Below, in pieces: positions 34,048-46,771 of a DNA stretch of 64,000 bases. A model generated the notes under the pieces. That model had not been told where the DNA came from. It did not search any database and saw only the letters and a list, made by a program, of their open reading frames with translations. Both the position numbers and the translations under genes were made by a program. How positions within the stretch are numbered: position 1 is the stretch's first letter; each line of letters starts with the position of its first letter. Source of the stretch: Chiloscyllium plagiosum (taxonomy: Eukaryota); assembly GCF_004010195.1 (NCBI RefSeq), contig NC_057718.1:75856801-75920800 (forward strand), read 5' to 3'.

Positions 34048-35724
34048 AAAGAATCTGTTCCCAATTTATGCTCGACTGTTCCTGTCTAATAGCATTGTAA
34101 TTCCCCTTCCTCCAATTAAGTACTTTCCCATACTGTCTGCTCCTATCCCTCTCCATGACTATAGTAAAGGTCAGGGAGTTGTGATCACTATCACGGAAAT
34201 GCTCTCCCACCGAGAGATCGGACATCTGATTTGGTTCGTTGCCAAGCACCAAAACCTCTCTAGTCAGCCTATCTACACAAGAGTCAGGAATCCTTCCTGG
34301 ACACACCTGACAAAATCTTCTCAATTCAAACTATTTGCACTAAGAATGTTCCAATCAATATTAGAGAAATTAAAGTCCGCTATGAGAACCACCCAGTTAC
34401 ATCTGCACCTTTCCAAAATCTGCCTCCCAATCTGCTCCTTTGTGTCTCTGTTTCTAGTGGGGAGTTTATAGAAAACTCAATAAGGTGACTGCTCTTTTCC
34501 TGTTTCTGACTTCCACCTATACTGACTCTGGATAAACCCTCATTAATGACTTCCCTTTCTGCAGCTGCGATACTATCCCTGACTAGCACTGCTACTTCCC
34601 CACTTCTTTTACCTCCTTCCCTATTCCTTTTGAACCATCTAAACACTGGAACATCCAACAACCATTCCTGCCAGTGATATCAAAGTCTCCATAATGGCCA
34701 CAACATTGTATCTCCAAGTACTAATCTATGCTTTAAGTTCATAACTCTCATTCCTGACTCTTCTTGCATTAAAATAGACACACTTCAACCTATCACACTT
34801 ACTGCAACTTTGCGCTATCCACTATCTATCCTTCCTCACAGACACTATGTACGCAGTATCTGCCTGTTCACCAGCTACCCCATCTTCTGATCCATAGCTC
34901 TGGTTCCCATTCCCCTGCCAAACCAGTTTAAACCCTCCCCAAGAGATGTAGCAAGCCTCCCACACAGGATATTGGTACCCCTCCAGTTCAGGTACAACCC
35001 GTCCTCCTTGTACTGATCCCATCTTCCCCAGGTATCCCAATGACTTACATATCTGAAGCCCTCCCTTCTACACCAGCTCTGTAGCCACGTGTTCATCTGC
35101 ACTGGCCCTCTGTTCCTAGCCTCGCTAGCTCGTGGCCAGTAGCAATCCGGAGATTACTACTTTGCTCATCCTGCCTTTTAGCTTCCAACCTAACTCTCTA
35201 TATTCACTTTTCACGTCCTCATCCCTTTCCCTGGCTATGTCATGCATCACGACTTCTGGTTGCTCACCCTCCCCCTTAAGAATCCTGCAGACTTAATCCG
35301 AGACATCCCTGACCCTGGGACCCAGGAGGTAACATACCATCCGGGAGACTCATTTGGGACCACAGAACCTCCTGCTTGCTCCTCTAACCATTGAATCTCC
35401 TAACACTATTGCTCTCCCATTCTCCATCCTTCCCTTCGAAGCCCCAGAGCCAGGCTCAGTGGCAGAGACCTGGCTGCTGTGACTCTCCCCTGGTAGGTTG
35501 TCTCCAACAGTATCCAAAGTGGTAAAATTATTATTGATGGGAACGGCCACAGGGGATCTCTGCACTGCCTGCCTATTCTCTTTCCCTCTCCAGACAGACA
35601 GACAGACAGTCACCTTTATCCTCTAACTTAGATGTGACTACTTCCCTATCACCCCCTCAGCCTCCCAAATGATCTGAATTTCATCCAGCTCCAGTTCCCT
35701 AACGCGCTCTGTGACGAGTTGGAG

Positions 35725-36042
35725 TTAGATTAGATTAGATTACTTTACAGTGTGGAAACAGGCCCTTCGGCCCAACAAGTCCACACCGACCCGCCGAAGC
35801 GCAACCCACCCATACCCCTTCATTTACCCCTTACCTAACACTACGGACAATTTAGTATGGCCAATTCACCACACCTGCACATCTTTGGACTGTGGGAGGA
35901 AACCGGAGCACCCGGAGGAAACCCACGCAGACACGGGGAGAATGTGCAAACTCCACACAGTCAGTCGCCTGAGGCGGGAATTGAACCCGGGTCTCTGGCG
36001 CTGTGAGGCAGCAGTGCTAACCACTGTGCCACCGTGCCGCCC
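35725..36042 (-). mobile_element. Full-length, young HE1/V-SINE-like SINE
   Basis: Minus strand starts gggcggcacggtggcacagtggttagc (A box), then gggttcaattccc (B box), V-domain, CR1-like tail and (aatct)n. Confidence 0.92.
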
Positions 36043-36051
36043 ATTGAATAT

Positions 36052-36237
36052 AGGAGGTTCTGTGGTCCCAAATGAGTCTCCCGGATGGTATGTTACCTCC
36101 TGGGTGCCAGGGTCAGGGATGTCTCGGATTAAGTCTGCAGGATTCTTAAGGGGGAGGGTGAGCAACCAGAAGTCGTGATGCATGACATAGCCAGGGAAAG
36201 GGATGAGGACCTGAAAAGTGAATATAGAGAGTTAGGT
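36052..36237. repeat. 186-bp inverted duplication of 35188-35373
   Basis: Base-by-base comparison found 2 mismatches. Confidence 0.93.
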
Positions 36238-36564
36238 GCACTTCTCGCAGGTGAAGTCAGCAGGGACACTAGTGGTGACCCTTACCTCCCATATCCTGCA
36301 AGAGGAGCATGCAACTGCCCTAGCTTCCATCCCCTCTGCTCTAAATTACCAAAAAAAAAGACACTCATTGTTCTTTCACAGTTTCTGGACTAAAATCCTA
36401 GAACTTCTTTTCAAACAGCACTGTGAAAAACAGCAACTCAATACCAAAGGCAAACAGGGTTGGGCAAAAAATTCTTACATTGCCAAGAATACATAAAAAT
36501 ATTAAGAAAGAGAGGTAGAACCCAAATTTATTACAGCGTAGTGACTCAACAAGCTACAAATACA

Positions 36565-36710
36565 AAATAAAACTGCAGATATTGAAAATCAGAAACAAAA
36601 ACAGAAATTGCTGGGAAAACTCAGCAGGTCGAGCAGATTCAATGGAGAGAAAGCAGATTAACATTTTGAGTCCAGAGACCCTTCTTCAGAACAGAAGGGT
36701 CACTGGACTC
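36565..36710 (-). mobile_element. Penelope-like terminal element (family D) with short inverted end
   Basis: Minus strand ctgaagaagggtctctggactcaaaatgtt; inverted stub agaagggtcactggactc; approximate TSD caacaag(c)tac. Confidence 0.65.
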
Positions 36711-36971
36711 TAAGGCAACAAGTACTTCCTAGAGCAGGTTAAATGCAGAACAGACGTCTGCAGCTCCTGCTCAAAACAGGAGTTTCATTGAGAGCTGGGA
36801 GGATTCTCTTGGCCCCACATTCCACATAAGCACCTCCCCTTATTATCCTAATAAGACTGATTATTTTTCCTCAGAATTTCCTCAGTTTTGTTTTGTACAG
36901 TGACATCGGCACAGTTTAAAACAGCTGCATGTGTGTGCTAGTACAACACACATGCTTGCAGTCAGACTTAC

Positions 36972-37180
36972 AAGCGACGTTCTTCCTCCTCTTGCTTGCG
37001 TCGACGCTCCTCCTCCTCACGCCGTTTCTGTTCTCGCTCCATTTCCTCCTGGATGACTTGCAGTCGCTCAGCTTCCTCCTCCTCTTGTTTCTTCTTCTGC
37101 AGTGTGCTGAGAAGTTGTTCTGATCGTTTGACTAGGTTAACATAGTCCTGATCAATTTGATCTCTGGTCATTGCAACGTT
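36972..37180 (-). CDS. MYO6: Myosin VI exon 9/17 (209 nt): [69 protein letters not shown](L), end of helix bundle and start of SAH
   Basis: Acceptor ...ctttccacag, donor gtaagt. E/R/K single-alpha-helix pattern. Phase 0-2. Confidence 0.97.
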
Positions 37181-38094
37181 CTGTGGAAAGTAAAGAGAAC
37201 GAGAGACAGACTGAAGTCATTGCATTTACTCACGTAATGTTCAGATCAGATACCCAAGCACAGATACCATTAATTCAGAGTTGGGTGGCTACAAGTCTAG
37301 AATATCCATCTTCTTAAGACCCTGATACCCTTTTCTTGTTATTCTTTAACAAATCACTTCTATGAAAATGGTCAAAGTTCTGTAGACATTGAAGCGACTG
37401 AGGAAAGCAAAAAGGAGCAAGAAAAACCTGAAATTTTCCATGAAATACAAAGGCAGACAAATACCAGGCTGTGGTGTGGTCTGCACCCCCCCAACACACA
37501 TTTGTTTTGATATTACTCGGTGGCAAAGGAAGGAAGTTTGATGTATTCCCATAATCCAAAAGCATTCCAGCAGTCACTGAGACCAGGATCACTTGGGCAA
37601 CGTGCAGACATACTAACAGCACTGGAACAGCTGAGGTCAGTGGAAAAAAAATTAAGGGTAAGAAACACACACTTGTCTACAGAGTTTAACATTATAGAAT
37701 GGAGGAAGACAAGGCCTATTACAGACAAACATTGGTTGATTCAGTCCAATTTAACAATCAGATTTCTAAAGAAAATTCTCTGAGCCATTGGGTCAGCTCA
37801 AATATACTTGTTTATATAAAGGAGGGGAGTGCAGAGTTGAAGGGTAGGTGAGGAGGAACTAACTGAACAATACTGCCCTTATAATATTCACTCTCAATAC
37901 ATCTGTTTCGATTTGGTTACATCCTTAGCATGCATACAAGCTTTACCAGGATTACTGCACAGTAGATCCTCAATCCATATGACAAAAATGCATATACTCT
38001 GACAGGCCATCCTCTCCTTTCAGTACTGAGAGTACTAAAACAACATATAGACCATTTAGAAGTTCTTTTCAAGCAGATTTATTCCATCACTTAC

Positions 38095-38245
38095 CTTAAT
38101 TTTAATCACAAGAGCATTAATTGATGAATCCAGATCCTGGACTTGTTTACTCATCTCAGCCTTGCCCTCCCTCAGGGCCTTCACCACCTCAGTCATTCTA
38201 TTCACTCGCTGCTTGAGTGATTTCACCTTCACCAGGCCATCAATG
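38095..38245 (-). CDS. MYO6: Myosin VI exon 8/17 (151 nt): (R)IDGLVKVKSLKQRVNRMTEVVKALREGKAEMSKQVQDLDSSINALVIKIK, three-helix bundle
   Basis: Acceptor ...gcctacag, donor gtaagt. Contained in ORF 38056..38265. Phase 2-0. Confidence 0.96.
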
Positions 38246-38826
38246 CTGTAGGCAAGAAAACTCAATTATAAATCAACAAAAATATTCCCAATGCTAGCTT
38301 GAACAGCACATTCATGAGCTCCAAAACAAGTGGAATTAAAAGAGAACTTGAACAGGAGGTAGACTTGAATAGAATTCTGGAGACTAAGATGTAATGAAAC
38401 AGGGCCCAAAAGCAACAGCAATGTGCTGAGTCATTTATACAGCTAATTTCTCACCAAGGCAAAACACGTATTATGTAAGATGTAATGATAATGATTGTAA
38501 CATGACCATAAAGCACATTGGAATAACAACACACTGAAGAACAAACTTCTTCTAACTGTTGCCTTGTTAATTGAAGACCTGGGTTGCAACTAAAAGGCAG
38601 TGACATACTATTATTCATGAGCTTTAAAGGAAGTTATGTTTACCTTTATAACTACAATGTTTTGCTTTTCTTTTTAATACTTTCCTTTGGGCATGTCACT
38701 AAGAGGAACTGCTGATAGATTTACAAACAATTCCATCACAGTCAGCAGCTATGAGGAGACCAGGGCAATTGACCCAAATTACTCCTAAAACTACTTAGAA
38801 AATGAACTAACACCAGCAGCACTTAC

Positions 38827-38917
38827 CGCGGTTTATATTTTCTCTTGCATAACCACATGCGGACAGTTTTCTGCATCTTAATGCAAGAAACAGCTCGGTA
38901 CTTCATCTTGTTCTTCA
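38827..38917 (-). CDS. MYO6: Myosin VI exon 7/17 (91 nt): (L)[29 protein letters not shown](R), IQ motif
   Basis: Acceptor ...tttctgcag, donor gtaagt. IQ-like [12 protein letters not shown]. Phase 1-2. Confidence 0.97.
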
Positions 38918-39829
38918 CTGCAGAAATAAATTACGTAAACAGCTATCAACATACTCTGCATACATAGACCATTTGCAGACCTCCATCTTTGTTCTAGATG
39001 GGTGGGTTGGTATTTCAATAAAAGGGTTGTCAGGGTATGAATGTAGGAGAAGAGGGGAGGCTAGTTGGGAAAACGGGTGAATGAGAAGTGAATCAAGGAG
39101 AGGGGTCGAGAAGTGGAGCTGCTGTCTAAGTTGGGCGATGGATGTTGGGAAATGGGGCTTCTGACTTAGTGATCAAGTCCCGGAGTCAAGCTTACTCGTT
39201 GGCATATTTCTTCCAAAGTATGCATGCTCCAATACACAAGCTCCTTAATCACTTTAATGGTAACTTAGAAATATAGACATATTTAGAATATTATTTAGAA
39301 TAATTTACAAAAAAAAACACAATTAGATGAGTAGTTAAAAAAGAAACTGTTTGTAAGGCTACACAAAAAGTAACTCAATCGAAATTAGGGTACATGAAAC
39401 AATTTCAACTACCAGTAGCCTAGATGCTCCAGCACAGGATTAGTCCTAGAGAGATCAAATAGTGATCAGTGTGAAAAAAATGGTAAAATATTCCAATGAT
39501 ACAGTAAGTGACCTGCGATTCCAAGTTTCAAAAAAGGTACTTAGCCAAGTTAGGAATACTCATTTATGTGCCCAAATTGCCTATGTTTGTTTACGCACCA
39601 TTAATATTCCTTGCCTCACTGTAGAAGTGTGAAAAAATGAACTGCAATATAATGTTTTGAGGAAGAGAGAAAAGTTGTTGATGCTGAGAAATTACTGAAA
39701 CTTCCTTGATTCTTACAAACCATAAAGAATTTAGATTGAGACTCAAGTCAGATGTATAATGGAACAAGTTCCACAACTTGCCTGGGAACATGTAGCTACA
39801 GCATATTTCAACCAGCTTCAAAAAAAAAA

Positions 39830-40140
39830 TCATAGAATTCCGATAGTGTGGAAGTAGGCAGTTCTGCCCATCCCGACCCTTTGCAGGAAACCCCCGCCAC
39901 CCTATCCCTGTAACCCTGCATTCCCCATGGCTAATCTACCTAGCCTACCCATTCCCGGACACTGTGGACAGTTTAGCATGGCAAATTCATCTAATCTGCA
40001 AATCTTTGTACTGTGGGAGGAAATTCACACACAGAGAAAATGCAAACTCCACATAGACAGTCACTTGAGGGTGGAGTCAAACCTAGGTCCCTGGTACTGA
40101 GGGGCAGCAGCGCTAACCATCAAGCCACTATGCTGCCTAT
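39830..40140 (-). mobile_element. Diverged HE1/V-SINE-like SINE
   Basis: Reverse complement shows the tRNA head, V-domain remnants and tail. Confidence 0.8.
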
Positions 40141-40629
40141 AAGCTTGATACCATTCAGGACAGAATAGTACACTTAATCAGCACCCTAACAATCACTTTG
40201 AAAATGTTCACTCCATCCATCACCACACATCAAAGCTGCCATAGTTAAGCAGCTCTCAACTCATGATCTCTAAACTAAAAGAGGAGATGTGTAATGAATA
40301 CAATTATCTTTAAGTCACATCACTGGGGCTCGAACACACTGAGGCAGATTTGTTGAGCTCCCTACCTGGTAGCACTGTACAGCATCTAATATTGCAGTGG
40401 TTTGAAAAAAAAACAAACTACCATCTTCAAGGATAAATAGGGATAGGGTTTAAATGCCTTTTTTCCAGGAACACCAACATCCTCAATGATCTATTTCACA
40501 TATACTCTATGGATTATTGCTCATAACAACATCTAAATAAACAAATTTTACATGTACTGCGAATGTGGTGTGGAGAAATATTGACAAAAAAAGGATCCAC
40601 AAAGAGCGTGACCATTAACTTCAACTTAC

Positions 40630-40759
40630 ATTTAATGACAGACAGTGCACACCATTGAATCTTCTTCCAACGGCTGCAAATAAGCCAGTGATTCACACGT
40701 GACATCAACACTGATAGATGCTCTGGGTCAGACTTCATGATCTGATCAAACTCTGCAAA
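40630..40759 (-). CDS. MYO6: Myosin VI exon 6/17 (130 nt): [43 protein letters not shown](L), unique insert-2 (reverse gear)
   Basis: Acceptor ...ttgttcag, donor gtaagt. [13 protein letters not shown] is class-VI specific. Phase 0-1. Confidence 0.97.
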
Positions 40760-41449
40760 CTGAACAACAAACAATTCAGATAAAAGCAGTTGCAGGAGCT
40801 GTCAAACAGGACTGCGATTTGATGAAGGGTTCGCAATCTTTCAAATGACTGTGCTCCATCAAGTGATCCTTCATTTTGACTCTAATTGATCTGCATTGCA
40901 GTGACATTATATTATTTCTATTAGTACCTCCCTAATGCAGATCACGAGAATTCAATAAACCTTTAATCAAAGTGAAAGGAAGATTTAGGAGATATTTATA
41001 CAATAGAATCATTAAATTGAACAACACAAAGCAGCCATTTTACCCACTACGACAGCGCTTGTAAAGAATTATCGAATTAAATGCATATACTGGATCTGTC
41101 CCCATTAACTCCAAATCATTATTTCTACAAAATTTCTTAGTTACTTTAGAATTTGCTTTCATGCCCCTTCCACTTCATATATTGCCGATCATCATAACTT
41201 GCCGTGTAAAAAGCACTCTTACCAATCACAACTTTACTTTCAGTCAAAGAAAAGATTCATAAACTAGTTTGTGTACAAAACAGTAGTTCTACATAGTTTA
41301 AAACCCTCCTAAAATGTGGTCAAGCTAGCATGGGCCCTGGAGACTCCAAAAAAATAATACTAGTGTTCAAGACAGCATTTTCTTATTCTTTCATTGAATT
41401 CGCACATTGCTAGGAAGGTCATTATTGCAAATTGCCCATTGAAGGCTAA

Positions 41450-41539
41450 TGTCAAGACGAGAGTGGCACTGGAAAAGCACAGTAGGTCAGGCAGCATCCG
41501 AGGAACAGCAAAATCAACATTTCAGACAAAAGCCCTTCT
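41450..41539 (-). mobile_element. Penelope-like terminal repeat (family A), single decayed arm
   Basis: ctggaaaagcacagtaggtcaggcagcatccgaggaacag...aaagcccttc. Confidence 0.65.
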
Positions 41540-42363
41540 CTCGAACCCCTATGGTCCACGTGTCATAGGCATAACCACTGCACTCACTACAGAAATCCCA
41601 GCCTCTGACCTATTCTTGTATCCACAATACTTAGAAGGCTGATCATCTCTTGTTGGAGATGATCATTGTATGGCACTTGTGAGATACACAAGTCCAAATA
41701 TTGTCCAAGGCCAGGTAGATGGACATGGACTGCTTCAATATCTGAGCATTTCTGAATGGAACACCAGAGGTTATAACCTAGTTTCAAACATTTTCTAATT
41801 TTCAAAAAACCTGACAATCGGACCTCAATGCATACTCTCCCCATTTTGCATTGATACTGTTGTGTACTAGGATATCTTGCATATTCCCTTCAACCGGTAA
41901 AACAGTACTCACTCTGTCATGTCCTTTACTCTGGGATCAGGTAGGAAACACATGATGCTGAACTAATGACAGTTCCGAAGATGACCATCTTACTAACAAT
42001 GCAATATTCCAGAATAACTCTATTTCTCCTCCGCTGATCTCCTTTGTGTGTTCCTCTTCCAATTGGTGCCTTTAAGGTGTCATCATTTCCAACAGTCTCC
42101 AATGCAAAGTACGGTTTGAGTGTGACGCACATTCTAAAGGGAGTCTTGTACTTCCTACATATCCAGATCAGCCATCTAATCATATTCTAAATACTCTCTG
42201 CCTGTAAAATAACCACTTCCTCAGTTCAACTCAATTTCATTGTGTTCCTTCCAGCATATTATCCTCCTCTTGTCTCAATTTAAAAAAAAATTGATTTTTG
42301 AATTCGATGTCCTGAAGCAGGAAACAGATTTCTAAGTATTCATTAAATGTTGAGTTTCATTAC

Positions 42364-42441
42364 CTTGCCAGGTCTGAAAAAGACTTTGGTTAGACCAAAC
42401 TTGTAATCATTCTCATTGAGACCCAAAGCTTTGAACAGTGC
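42364..42441 (-). CDS. MYO6: Myosin VI exon 5/17 (78 nt): [26 protein letters not shown] (converter)
   Basis: Acceptor ...cttttccag, donor gtaatg. GLTKVFFR converter motif. Phase 0-0. Confidence 0.97.
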
Positions 42442-42639
42442 CTGGAAAAGCAAAAAAGAACAAAATCAAACGCAAGAACGCGTTACTATTTAAATATCTA
42501 TTTCTCCTTGATGTTGCATTGTTCTTATTCCCGGATTGGGGTTTTCTCTATTCAACTTGGCTTTTCAAATGAAAAATCCAGAAGGTTTGCTAAAAGTCAA
42601 ATTTGTTTAGAATGTATTTACATTAATATCTAATAATTT

Positions 42640-43030
42640 TCACAGGTTTTTATTTCTTGTCCTCAAAAAAATCCCAAAGCACTTCACTAAACGAATTGCT
42701 TTTGAAGTGTAATCTCTTACATAGAGAACTACAGTAGCCAATTGGCCACGGTGAGCTCATAAGCAGCAATGAGATAAATGAACAATTAGTCAAGTTTTGA
42801 AAGATGTTGGTCAAGGGATAAAATGTTGGCTGAGATACTGGGATAATGTCCTTGCTCTTTGCAAATTGTATCACAGGATCTTTTACATCCATATAAATAA
42901 GCAGAGGAAGTCTTGATTTAACATGTCTTCTGAAAAGACAACATCTCTAACAGCGCTCCGCTGAACTGCTTAAATTTATTGTAGATTACCAGCTCAACTT
43001 CGAGAGGAACTTGACCTCAGCCCACTGTTT
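42640..43030 (-). mobile_element. Ancient DeuSINE-like (SacSINE1/AmnSINE1-type) SINE
   Basis: Reverse complement has a Deu-domain-like gatgtaaaagatcc.gtg block and 3' cacttcaaaag...gctttggga. Family name assigned from memory. Confidence 0.55.
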
Positions 43031-43497
43031 CAGTAACGCTCGATTGCATATAAACCAATAAGACATACAGAATTGTCCAACTCTGTATATACTAAAAAGG
43101 GAAAGACATCATACAAGTTATTATACCTATCCGAAGTACCCTTGCCACCACTGCACATACTTAGGCAAAAAGTAGTTGCGGTCTCGGCAAAAAGACATGG
43201 GAATGGAGCCCAGCCCAACTTGCCCAATAAACATTCACACAACTGTATACTCAAGTGAGCAGCATCTAGAGCTCTGGTTGATTTGCTTCCCCCCACCTGT
43301 CAATTCATGCAGTCCAAGGGCACCGTCACACCCTTATCAATTGCACAACTGAAACAATGTAATTTATTCAGATGAATTAATGCCTCCATAACTTTTAATC
43401 TCCAGTCATGCAATGAGATCTCCTACTAAGGCATTTGGCAGGATGTTCATTTATGAAACTTATTGAAAGAACGTTGAAGTTTTAGTCTAGACAGTAC

Positions 43498-43628
43498 CTT
43501 ACAGAAGAGCCTGGGGTCCAGCCTGCAGAGCTTCGGAGGCATGTATTTCTGGTACATATTGTAAAGTTCGTGGAATGGAGCCCGTGATGGAAATCCACCC
43601 TGCATGAGATCTAGCACAGACACCATAC
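43498..43628 (-). CDS. MYO6: Myosin VI exon 4/17 (131 nt): (G)[45 protein letters not shown]1 helix/converter
   Basis: Acceptor ...gttctgtag, donor gtactg. Contained in ORF 43447..43647. Phase 1-0. Confidence 0.97.
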
Positions 43629-44116
43629 CTACAGAACAATAAAACAATACAACTCACATTTCTGATCTTTTAGTCAATGTAGAAAAAGGTGCAAGCCCAC
43701 CTCAATGCAAAAATATTCCTTGGCTCATTTTATTGTGTATTTCTGAATGTCAAAAGTGCCAAATCATAGAATGAATCAAATAACCAGGTTAAATTTGTTA
43801 CGTTGTGTGATGAAACGATCAGTAAAAAAAGGATAACGTTGAACTTTTTTGCCTCTTGGAGTGTAATTGTGGATGAAAGGCCTAAGAAAATTGTCATAGT
43901 AGGGCAGGAGGACAATAGCATTGGAATTAATTTGTGGGCTATGTTTGAAAGCTTGTAAAAGGAGTGATGGGGTTGTGGCATGGGGACATGGACTGTGGCA
44001 TTTTTGATAAACTTATGTTTGCACAGAAGGTAGCAAGCCAGGTCAGAGAGTGAGAAAAGCTACACTTGAAGTAGGGGAGGAGGGCTTTCGTGGCAAAGGC
44101 AGGCGATGTCATAGAA

Positions 44117-44292
44117 GAGGAGAAAGTTAGGACTGCAGATGCTGGAGATCAGAGCTGAAAATGTGTTGCTGGAAAAGCGCAGCAGGTCAGACAGCATCCA
44201 GGGAACAGGAGAATTGACGTTAACGTCGATTCTCCTGTTCCTTGGATGCTGCCTGACCTGCTGCTCTTTTCCAATAACACATTTTCAGCTCA
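44117..44292 (-). mobile_element. Fold-back Penelope-like terminal element (family A), hammerhead cores absent, 12-bp TSD
   Basis: TSD gatgtcatagaa at 44105-44116 and 44293-44304; palindrome centre gacgttaacgtc. Confidence 0.85.
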
Positions 44293-44544
44293 GATGTCAT
44301 AGAACCAGTCTGTCAAGGATATGATGTGCAAGGAGGATGCCTATCTTGGATGACAAGGCATGATTTGGTGCAAAGACAGAAGTAGATGCCAGCTAGAACT
44401 AAAACTGGTTTTGTTTCTCCAACATGAAGTTGAAGGAAATTGTGGTTCACTGATGTCTTTACAATCAGTAAAAAAAAACTGCAGCTGATAGCCAAAGATA
44501 CTGAGTTAATGGAGCAGTCTAAAAGGGGTAATATCCAAGGATCA

Positions 44545-46094
44545 TGAACATAAAATCCCTACAGTGCAGAATGAGGCCTTTTGGCCCATCGAGTCTGCAC
44601 CAACCCTCCAAAGAGCATCCCACCCAGATCAACCCCCTCACCACAACCCATTGACCATGGTGAACTCACCTAACCTGCACGTCTTTGTACTGGGGGAGGA
44701 AACTGGAGCACCTGGCAGAAACCCATGCAGACTACAGAGAGAAGATGGCAAGTCCACACAGACAGACAGTCACCCACCCAATTAAAAACAAGAAATGCTG
44801 GAGATCGCAGGTCAGACAGCATCCATAGTTTTGAGTCCAGGTGACACTTCTTCAGAGCTGAAGAGAAATGTGGAGGGGGGGCAACATTTATGGAGTAGTG
44901 GGAGTGGGAGATTGGAGAGCTGGGGTGAGGATAGGTGTTGATAGTTCAGATTAAGTAATTGGAATGAAAGAATGGCAGAACAATGGTGCATCTCAGGGGG
45001 GGGGGGGGGAGAAGCGGTGTGACAGAGAATGTAACAAGTGAAGCTTAAAGAAAGGGAAGGAATGGGTTCACTATTTGAAGATGTTGAACTCAATACTAAG
45101 CCCAGTAGATTGTAAACTGCCTGGTTTGATGATGAGATGTTGCTCCTCCAGTTTGCGTTGTCATTTACTGGAGCAGTGCTGCATACTAAGGACAGACAAG
45201 TGGGCATGCGAGCAGGACACTGTGTTAAAACGACCTGCAATGGGAAGGTCAGGGTCCTGCTTGCACATGGAGATGCTCTGCATTTGGTTTCTCCAAGGTA
45301 GAGTCGGCCACATTGGGTGCAATGAATACGATACCCAAGATTGGAGGTGGTACAGGTGAAATACTGCTTCACCTGGAAAGACTGTTTTGGCTCTTAGATG
45401 GTGAGCAGGGAGGAGAAGGGGCAGGTATTGCACCTTTTGAGCTTACATGGGAAGGTGGTGTGAGAGGCAGGGGCTAGTGTTGGTGATCGAGGAATGGACT
45501 AGGGTGTCCCGAAAGGCTGATCCCTGCAAAAAGCAGATGGGAGAGTGAGGGGAAGATGTGTTTGATCGTGGCATTCTGTTGGAGTTGTCTGAAATGACGG
45601 AGAATTATCCTTTAAATGCGGAGGCTGGTTGGGTAAAAAGGGGGTTCCAACCATGCTATTGGGAGTGATGGGAAAGGGCAAGGGTGGAAGGATAGGTGAT
45701 AGGTCAGATGCAGGTGAGGGCCCTGTCTACCACAATGGGCGGGAAAATCCGGTTATGGAAGAAGGAAGCCATATCAGTCGTGCTGTTTTGGAAGGTGGCA
45801 TCATTTGAACAGATACGACATAGGCAAAGAAACTGGGAGAATGGGATGGAATCCTTAAAGGACGTGGGTTGGGAAGAGCTGCAGTGAAGGCAGCTATGGG
45901 AGTCGGTGGCTTTGTAGTGGATGGCTGTGGATAGTTTATTTGCTGAAGTAGAAACAGGTTGCTCCAGGAAAGGAAGGGAATGGTCAGAAATGGACGATGT
46001 GAAAGTTATAGAGTGGTGGAAATTGTCACCAAAGACTGGAATCAAGCCCAGCACAGTAAGGCAGTAGAGCTAACAACTGTGCCACCATGCCACC
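44545..46094 (-). mobile_element. HE1/V-SINE-like SINE split by a Penelope-like insertion (halves ~44545-44780 and ~46025-46094)
   Basis: Tail and V-domain lie left of the PLE, the tRNA head (gctaacaactgtgccaccatgccaccc) right of it; gtcacc occurs at both junctions. Confidence 0.75.
44782..46024 (-). mobile_element. 5'-truncated Penelope-like retroelement: RT thumb, GIY-YIG endonuclease and terminal repeat
   Basis: ORF 45704..46054 SLPFLE...IHYKATDSHS..SSSQP..KDSIPFSQFL.L.RICS; ORF 44812..45372 FTCTTSNLGYRIHCTQCGRLYLGETK (GIY-YIG with CxxC); decayed hammerhead ctgaagaagtgtcacctggactcaaaac. Confidence 0.88.
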
Positions 46095-46603
46095 CAATAG
46101 GATATATCTGGAATTTGATCAGATGCTTCTATGGTATGTTTTTTACGTTACTCCCTTAGATAAACATATCATTTGTGCACAGACATTGGGGAAACAATAA
46201 TATGGTTATTTATTTGAACATTATTCAAATTTGTTTTTACCAGAAGCCAAGAACAGTGGATTCAGATTGCCTAACAATGCCTTAATCATATCCTGTTGAG
46301 CTGGATAATGATGGATCGTAGCTTAAAATATACTCCTTTATAGGTGTATATCACAGCAATGTAATTAAATGATGAAGAGTAGGAGAAAAGATGGAACTTG
46401 GCATATTCCAAAGTAATCATGTGAGAAGAGAAACTGGGATGATTAGGGATTTGACCAGGAATGGATTGAAGAAGAAAATGGAAGCCTTCCTGGATAATTA
46501 GGAACATAGCAAAAGCTTGATAAATGTTTGAGCTCAAATGGGAGAGAATGTTATATGCAAGGGGTTGTTTAGTTGGCCATCAGAAAGAACAACTTCGCAC
46601 TTA

Positions 46604-46771
<168 letters not shown>

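Larger units (their letters stand above)
31115..36340 (-). mobile_element. Long decayed CR1 LINE (ORF1 to 3' tail) carrying a nested CR1, a PLE end, a SINE and an inverted duplication
   Basis: ORFs 31422..31682, 33285..33515, 34016..34324, 34875..35102 (DGLYLN) and 35350..35613 (LGDSMVRG). Sequence is continuous across the 31743-32869 insertion. Confidence 0.88.

Noticed and set aside
35965..36042. tRNA gene
   Set aside because: A and B boxes belong to a SINE head that continues into the V-domain and LINE-like tail.
36972..37095. (CTC/CTT)-rich simple repeat
   Set aside because: It is the coding E/R/K-rich SAH region of MYO6.
44996..45009. G14 homopolymer as a functional G-quadruplex
   Set aside because: Lies in the low-complexity 3' region of a decayed PLE; homopolymer length is also error-prone.
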